From: an uncultured Actinomycetota bacterium
GTDB lineage: Bacteria > Actinomycetota > Thermoleophilia > RBG-16-64-13
Length of the DNA: 64,000 nt
Reading direction: 5' to 3'
Assembly: GCA_963701105.1 (NCBI GenBank)
Contig: OY969565.1
Coordinates: forward strand, 1,101,086 to 1,165,085
Positions 58,493-64,000 of the stretch are shown piece after piece. How positions within the stretch are numbered: the first letter of the stretch is position 1; every line of letters starts with the position of its first letter. The notes under the pieces were generated by a model, which had not been told where the DNA came from, searched no databases, and saw nothing but the letters and a program-made list of their open reading frames with translations. A program made the position numbers and the translations under genes.

Positions 58493-58960
58493 TCATTGTG
58501 GAATAAGGGTAGCAACAGGATCTATTTCAACGACCGGGACGGGGCGTGTAATGCCATCTTTTTCCAGGAGTGAATAATATCCTGCCGGGTAGATATATTT
58601 TTTTGCCGGCTGAGTTCTGTCTTTAGGAACAACAAATTCGTAACCGTGACTTTTGCTAACCCATCCCGCAAAATGGTCCCCATCATTATCTTCCCAATGT
58701 GTCTGAAATAATACTCCACTGCCATCAAGACTTCTTTCAAAAACAGCTTCGCCGTTTTCTGTTCTAACTAAAAGATAATTTACTCCCGCAGGTACCGTTC
58801 CCTCCGCATCATAATTAACTATTACATTAGGATAATAATCTTCATCAACCAGAGCGCCTCCATTCATAAACCAGGAGGCACAACCCACCATTACCAATAA
58901 AAGAAAGACTATGAAAATAAACAGGTTTCTAATTTGCATTAAAGTTTTTAGTAATTTCAT
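58493..58960 (-). CDS. Hypothetical lipoprotein
   Basis: Lipobox MVGC; no family recognised. Confidence 0.7.
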   Translation of the reverse strand: MKLLKTLMQIRNLFIFIVFLLLVMVGCASWFMNGGALVDEDYYPNVIVNYDAEGTVPAGVNYLLVRTENGEAVFERSLDGSGVLFQTHWEDNDGDHFAGWVSKSHGYEFVVPKDRTQPAKKYIYPAGYYSLLEKDGITRPVPVVEIDPVATLIPQ

Positions 58961-59277
58961 AGAATACCTCTCTAAAATTATTTTATGTTAATTTATTATT
59001 TATACTACTTTTTGAGTAACAACCTTAAACAGATAACCTCCTTTCGGGATAAAAGTTTATAATATTAGAATTTTTATTCAGTATAAGAAGCTCTCATTTT
59101 ATAAGCTGTTTTGCCTACCAAACAAAAATCTGATGCTGGTAAATTCTTATTTCATCGGAGGGATACCACCAGAATATAGCCTCATATGCGTCGGTGCGGT
59201 TTGTTAATTTTATTTCATTAATTAAAAGTAAATTTAAAGTTTATGTTTCAACTTTCTTCTGATCTGTTTTCTTAAAT

Positions 59278-59850
59278 CTAAATTGAGATTCCGCCACCAA
59301 CATAGAAAATCGGGGCGAATGTTACATTTGTATCATCACTACCTCCCGCTGGCTGGCTCAGGAATCCAATGATACCGAAGGGGGCGATATTACTATGTAT
59401 ATTGAATTGGAATTCGATACTAAGATTTACTCCAAATCCTTTCACATCATCTGCTCCTTTGATATCGACAGATTCTCCACGATATCCGAGTTGAATGCCG
59501 GGTTTGATCGCAAGTGATCCGCCTGAAAGAATAAAACGTGGTTTGATTGATATACCGAATTCATATATAGTAGCAGTTTCATCTGTTTCTTCAAAAGAAG
59601 CACTAGAATAGTTAACATAAACTCCCATAGCCAGTTTCTCAATGAGATAGAAATCTGCAAAACCTTGAAGCAGAATACTTGTCTCTTTGTTGATATCGAC
59701 ATCATAATATTCTAAATAGACCTCACCTCCTAACCATGCACCGACAGCTAATCCATAATCCGAAGTTTTATTTTTAAAAAAAGATTCCTGACAGAATATA
59801 TTAATACTCATAGAAAAAATGAGCGCCATAAGAGCCAATAAACTTTTCAT
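59278..59850 (-). CDS. Small (8-stranded) outer-membrane beta-barrel protein
   Basis: ATG after CAGGAGG; signal peptide; alternating aromatic/Gly strands; ends FYVGGGISI. Confidence 0.72.
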   Translation of the reverse strand: MKSLLALMALIFSMSINIFCQESFFKNKTSDYGLAVGAWLGGEVYLEYYDVDINKETSILLQGFADFYLIEKLAMGVYVNYSSASFEETDETATIYEFGISIKPRFILSGGSLAIKPGIQLGYRGESVDIKGADDVKGFGVNLSIEFQFNIHSNIAPFGIIGFLSQPAGGSDDTNVTFAPIFYVGGGISI

Positions 59851-60129
59851 TAGAACCTCCTGGAGTTTGTTAATGATGAATTGAAATGTTAAAAATGCAG
59901 TATTATATTTTCGATACTGCACGCAATAAATAATTAATTCAAATTGATAGTTTCACGAGCGGAAAATGATTAAAAATATCCTATTCATTATAATTTTGTA
60001 AAATGACTGGTTGGCGATTTGCGTAAACATTTAATTACTTCAAATAATATTAGAATTTAGGATTTTAGGAGAGGAGGTAATTCAGTTCTGATATCAAGAA
60101 ATTTTCTTATTGAATACAAATGTCTCCAG

Positions 60130-60522
60130 TCAGGCTACCAGTCGGGGTAACGATCTGTGACATTGTTTGAATGTTAATTGCTGCTGATTTGATCCGTCTG
60201 TATTCATGATATATATTTCATCATCACCGTCCCTATTACTTACAAAAGTTATCTTATCGGATGCAACATTAAAACATGGAAAACCGTCATTTGCACTATT
60301 GCTTGTAATCTGTTTTTGATTTGTGACGTTAATATTCATTATAAAAATTTCTGCATCTCCATCAATGTAGCAGGTAAAGACTATTTTATTCGATACGGAG
60401 GCAGGCGTGGATTCAACCGGATTTGAGCTATCTTTCTGCAAGATTGAAAAAAATAGAGTTGACAATATTATAGCTGTTATAAAAAGCCATTCTGTTTTTA
60501 TTTGTTTCATAATATTCATCAC
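60130..60522 (-). pseudogene. TolB/PD40-repeat fragment, apparently frameshifted and truncated
   Basis: Two PD40 repeats (KIVF...DAEIFIMN; KITFVSNRDGDDEIYIMNTDGSNQQQLT). An extra A near 60167 shifts FNNVTDRYPDW out of frame, and that frame then hits TAG. Confidence 0.6.
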
Positions 60523-60699
60523 TTTTATTTGGCTTATGTGAAAGTCATATGTCGTTTGATTATCTTTTTATTAAAGATTTTTAGTGTTTGATTTTTAATA
60601 TTTTCTCACAGCTTCGCCCCCTCAGTCACAATTTTAAGAGTCAATAGACTAATTATTTTTCATCGATAAGAGGATTTGATCAATTAGGTCTCGCTACTG

Positions 60700-61014
60700 T
60701 CAGTTAAAGAGTATCATTTTTTTGGTCATTATGTAATTACCGGCTTTAAGCCTGTAGAAATATTCTCCATCATTCAATCCTTCTGCATCAAACTCTATTT
60801 CATATGTTCCTGCTTCCTGGTTTGCATTGACCAGTTTTTTAATCGGGTATCCATCTGAGTTAGAGACTGTAATCTCCACAACTGTTTTATAGGCTACACA
60901 GTATTTGATAGAAGTCTTATATTTGAAGGGATTTGGATAGTTCTGACTCAAGTGAAATTTCAACGGGATCATTTCACTTTCTGTTTTTCTCTCTGGAAGC
61001 ATTTTTTCCCTCAT
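60700..61014 (-). CDS. Stand-alone T9SS-CTD-like domain protein without a signal peptide
   Basis: FHLSQNYPNPFKYKTSIKYCVAYKT...LVNANQEAGTYEIEFDA..L..GEYFYRLKAG...KKMILF; start may be the ATG at 61002. Confidence 0.8.
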   Translation of the reverse strand: MREKMLPERKTESEMIPLKFHLSQNYPNPFKYKTSIKYCVAYKTVVEITVSNSDGYPIKKLVNANQEAGTYEIEFDAEGLNDGEYFYRLKAGNYIMTKKMILFN

Positions 61015-61089
61015 TGTTATTGTCGGGGAGATTTAAGATTTCAATATTCTTCACACTATTAATAATTCTTAGTATGGACTAATTCTATA

Positions 61090-61118
61090 AGAATTGTGTA
61101 TAATACTATTAGAATTGT
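61090..61118 (-). promoter_or_regulatory. Direct repeat ACAATTCT x2 with 21-bp period (putative HTCS/AraC site)
   Basis: Plus-strand AGAATTGT at 61090-61097 and 61111-61118, between the HTCS stop and the CTD-only gene. Confidence 0.5.
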
Positions 61119-61138
61119 CTACTTACGGGAATTTCTGA

Positions 61139-64000
61139 TTATTTTTTCAGATTTTGAAAATATTGGGAAGGGGGTATGCCGAATTGCTTTTTAAAACAAG
61201 CGGTAAAGTATGAAGTATCGTTAAAGCCAACCTGGAAAGCTATTTCAGTAATATTGCCGTGATTATTTTCCAGTAGTTTTGCAGCTCTGTTTAACCTTAT
61301 TCTTTTAATTAATTCTCCGGGAGTTTCTCCAATTAGTGAGTTAAACTTTTTGTGAAGTAATGAGCGGCTGATAGTAAGACATTCTGCGAATGTTTCAATA
61401 TTAAAATTAGGATCAGCAATATGAGCATCGATTATTTTTACTGCTTCCTGCATAAATTTTTGATCTACGGAAGTAACATGTTTTTGTTCTAATTCAAAGA
61501 TTCCAAATTTTCTAAAATATTCATGTATTCTTTTCCTTTGTTCAAGAAGGTTCTTTATTCTTGCAAGTAACTCAGCGGCTACAAAAGGTTTCTGAATATA
61601 GGCATCAGCACCCGTTTGTAATCCTTCCAGTTTATCCTCGAGAGTAGATTTTGCGGTTAATAAAATTAAAGGGATGTGACTTGTCCTCGTGTCAGTTTTA
61701 AGTTTAACACATAATTTAAATCCATCTATTTTCGGCATCATCACGTCACTAATGATTAAATCCGGTATAAATTTTATTGATTTGCAGAATCCCTTTTCGC
61801 CGTCTGAAGCTTCTAATATTTTATAGTCATGATATAGAATTTCAGTTATGTATTTTCTTAAATCAGCATTGTCATCAATTACTAATACTGTTGGCTTTTC
61901 AGTATTGGTAATATCGTCCAAACCGATTATCTCAGAAGTTGAATATGAGTCAATTTCTTTAGGAATGTTAATATCTGAAATGTTATCTCCGGGCAAATCA
62001 TCTTTTCCAGATATGCTGTCCTGATCAATTTCTTCCGGAAGCAAATACTTTTTACTAAAAGGTAAAACTATTCTGAATTCGGAACCTTTACCTTCCTCAC
62101 TTTCAACTGAAATACTTCCTTTATGAAGCTCAACCAGTTCTTTTGTAAGAGAAAGTCCTATCCCGGTTCCTTCATATTCTTTTGAAAGCCTGTTATCAAC
62201 CTGGTAAAACCTGTCAAATATTTTACCAAGCTGTTCTTTCGGAATTCCAATACCTGTGTCTGAAACTGAAATCTCCACATAACAATCATTGTCTTTCTTT
62301 CCCATAGTCATAGAATCCGTGCCTGCCATAATATTGCCTGAAGCAAAGTTGATTTTTATTTTAACATGAACGTGCCCCTTTTCCGGTGTGAATTTAATCG
62401 CATTCGAAAGGAGATTCCCCAATATTTTATCAAATTTATCTTTATCCAGGTACATAAATATTTTTTGTTCGCCGGGCGTAAAATTCAGCCTGATATGTTT
62501 TTTTTCTGCAAATGATTGAAATGAAGAAATTATCTGTTCAATTACCTGGATTAAATCCATCCTGCTTGTTAAAAGCTTCATTTTGCCAGCTTCTATTTTC
62601 GATAGGTCAAGTAATTGATTTGCCAGCCGGTTTAACTTTTTTGCGCTTCTGTAAATCAGGTTTGCTTCCTCTTTAACTTTAATGTTGGTTGACAGCCTGG
62701 TAATTTGTTCAGCCGGTCCAAGAATTAAGGTTAGGGGTGTTCTGAATTCGTGCGAAAGATTGGCAAAAAACCTTGATTTTATATTTTCAATTTCACGAAG
62801 ATGACAGGCTTCCAACTCCTGTATTTTAAAGTTATTCTGCAATCGTGTTCTGTAAGCCTGGAATTTTATTATACCCCAGACTCCAAGTAAAAAAATAAAA
62901 ACATAAAAACACATTGCCCATATGGTCCGCCACCAGGGAGGTAATATAATTACTTTCAGTTCACTTATATTTTTATTCCACACTCTGTCACTATTGGTAG
63001 ATTTGACTTTAAAAATATATTGACCGGGATTCAGGTTTGTATATGTTGCAAAACGTCTTTTACCGCTTTTTATCCATTCTTTATCAAATCCTTCCATCTT
63101 ATATGTATATTGAATTGATAGAGGAGAAATGTAATCCAGTGCAGCAAATTGAAAAGAAAATGTATTCTGAGTGTAAGATAATATTATTTCTTTTGTATTA
63201 AGAATGCTCTTTTTCAAGATTGAATTTTCACCTGGTTCAATAGATTTATTAAAAATCTGAAAATCTGTTATAAGTACAGGTGGAACGAAAGTGGAAAGTT
63301 TTATCCTTCCGGGCAGGAAACAATTAAGACCGGATGTGCTTCCCAAAAAAATCATACCGTTATCATTTTTATATGCTGATGAAGAATTAAAACTCCCTCC
63401 TGAAATACCATAAGCCTCATTGAAATTTGTAAATTTATTTTTTTCAGGATTAAATAATGAAATGCCTGTGTTTGTACCAATCCATAGGTTACCGTCGTTA
63501 TCTTCCGTTATAGATTTGATTGAATTATTTGGCAGGCCGTCTAATGTTGTGTAATGAATTATTTTTATCACGAGCCCGGGATAATTATCCGCCGTATCAG
63601 AATCGTTAATGATGAATTTACTTAAACCATTATTTGTTCCTATCCAGAGTATTGTATGATTGAATTTTAAAGAACTATCTTTCTTTGTCGATTCAAAGAT
63701 TGAATAAATGCTATTTCTGCCCGTGTTACCGGGGTTATTTTTTTCAAAGAGCCATCTATAAAATTGTCCTCCGTTTTTTTCACCAAATAAATTTATTCCG
63801 GCACCGTTAGTGCCAATCCATATTCTTCCTTTTGTATCCTGGTAAATTACCCACACGTCATTAAGACTTAAGCTTCTTAAATCATTCGGATTATTTAACC
63901 AGTGTTTATATAGTCCTGTGGAAGAGTTGATACATCCCAAACCAAATCCCCAGTATCCGATCCAGATATTATTTTTACTATCACAGATTACAGATTTAAT
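61139..64000 (-). CDS. Hybrid two-component system (Reg_prop propeller, Y_Y_Y, TM, HisKA, HATPase, REC, AraC HTH); 5' end beyond the window
   Basis: Frame open to base 64000 (IKSVICDSKNNIWIGYWG..); IWIGT repeats; ATYTNLNPGQYIFKV; FFANLSHEFRTPL; DTGIGI; ISDVMMP; ITEIAFQVGFNDTSYF. Confidence 0.93.
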   Translation of the reverse strand: MKSVICDSKNNIWIGYWGFGLGCINSSTGLYKHWLNNPNDLRSLSLNDVWVIYQDTKGRIWIGTNGAGINLFGEKNGGQFYRWLFEKNNPGNTGRNSIYSIFESTKKDSSLKFNHTILWIGTNNGLSKFIINDSDTADNYPGLVIKIIHYTTLDGLPNNSIKSITEDNDGNLWIGTNTGISLFNPEKNKFTNFNEAYGISGGSFNSSSAYKNDNGMIFLGSTSGLNCFLPGRIKLSTFVPPVLITDFQIFNKSIEPGENSILKKSILNTKEIILSYTQNTFSFQFAALDYISPLSIQYTYKMEGFDKEWIKSGKRRFATYTNLNPGQYIFKVKSTNSDRVWNKNISELKVIILPPWWRTIWAMCFYVFIFLLGVWGIIKFQAYRTRLQNNFKIQELEACHLREIENIKSRFFANLSHEFRTPLTLILGPAEQITRLSTNIKVKEEANLIYRSAKKLNRLANQLLDLSKIEAGKMKLLTSRMDLIQVIEQIISSFQSFAEKKHIRLNFTPGEQKIFMYLDKDKFDKILGNLLSNAIKFTPEKGHVHVKIKINFASGNIMAGTDSMTMGKKDNDCYVEISVSDTGIGIPKEQLGKIFDRFYQVDNRLSKEYEGTGIGLSLTKELVELHKGSISVESEEGKGSEFRIVLPFSKKYLLPEEIDQDSISGKDDLPGDNISDINIPKEIDSYSTSEIIGLDDITNTEKPTVLVIDDNADLRKYITEILYHDYKILEASDGEKGFCKSIKFIPDLIISDVMMPKIDGFKLCVKLKTDTRTSHIPLILLTAKSTLEDKLEGLQTGADAYIQKPFVAAELLARIKNLLEQRKRIHEYFRKFGIFELEQKHVTSVDQKFMQEAVKIIDAHIADPNFNIETFAECLTISRSLLHKKFNSLIGETPGELIKRIRLNRAAKLLENNHGNITEIAFQVGFNDTSYFTACFKKQFGIPPSQYFQNLKK

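Noticed and set aside
205-58740. Many short ORFs from the track overlapping larger genes (e.g. 205..528, 4413..4685, 7131..7379, 21461..21685, 29412..29852, 31356..33083, 46949..48054, 56681..57310)
   Set aside because: They are antisense or off-frame shadows of well-supported genes, with no recognisable motifs.
1-64000. tRNA, rRNA, tmRNA, transposase, integrase or phage genes
   Set aside because: None recognised by eye; a tRNAscan-SE/Infernal run would be needed to exclude small RNAs formally.

Overview
64-kb AT-rich bacterial chromosomal window. The lineage is most likely Ignavibacteria or a related Bacteroidota/Chlorobi-group organism; this is inferred from many 'PVELTSF...QNYPNPFNP' T9SS-type C-terminal domains, the signal-peptide style and a Bacteroidota-type promoter. 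Region 1-26 kb is mostly core genes: Sel1 protein, ybdL, PP2C phosphatase, CDF, MFS, nusB, Leu dehydrogenase, tonB, nnr, a membrane-arm-only nuoJKLM-(antiporter-hypothetical)-nuoN cluster, asnS, SDR and an ABC-2 exporter whose permease is frameshifted. Between asnS and nuoJ is a four-helix-bundle (23S-IVP family) gene bracketed by two inverted 5x7-bp GATG-heptamer arrays. Region 26.3-38.8 kb is a copper/silver resistance island. It has a near-consensus sigma54 promoter, a HYC_CC_PP-type gene, a candidate four-way-junction RNA abutting the cusC RBS, cusCBA, a YHS protein, an unannotated 33-aa Cys-tailed membrane peptide, a P1B-3 CopB ATPase, a SHOCT protein, a ~27%-Met secreted protein, a Met/His-loop beta-barrel and a convergent His/Met-rich protein. 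Region 38.9-64 kb is accessory and almost entirely minus-strand. It holds six T9SS-CTD genes (one is a CTD alone), a TonB-dependent receptor broken by one in-frame TAG, a DUF4242-cyclase-like-AraC regulator with 21-bp-spaced repeats before a SnoaL lipoprotein, a Ser/Thr kinase-PEGA plus TPR/IPT/beta-barrel pair, and a 5'-truncated hybrid two-component system. Three families of small palindromic elements (GTAG-REP-like, TGTCAT..TGACA MITE-like, CCTGCC..GGCAGG) occupy the intergenic spaces, sometimes nested. No rRNA, tRNA, CRISPR array, transposase or integrase was seen. All family calls come from motif recognition by eye; no database search was run.
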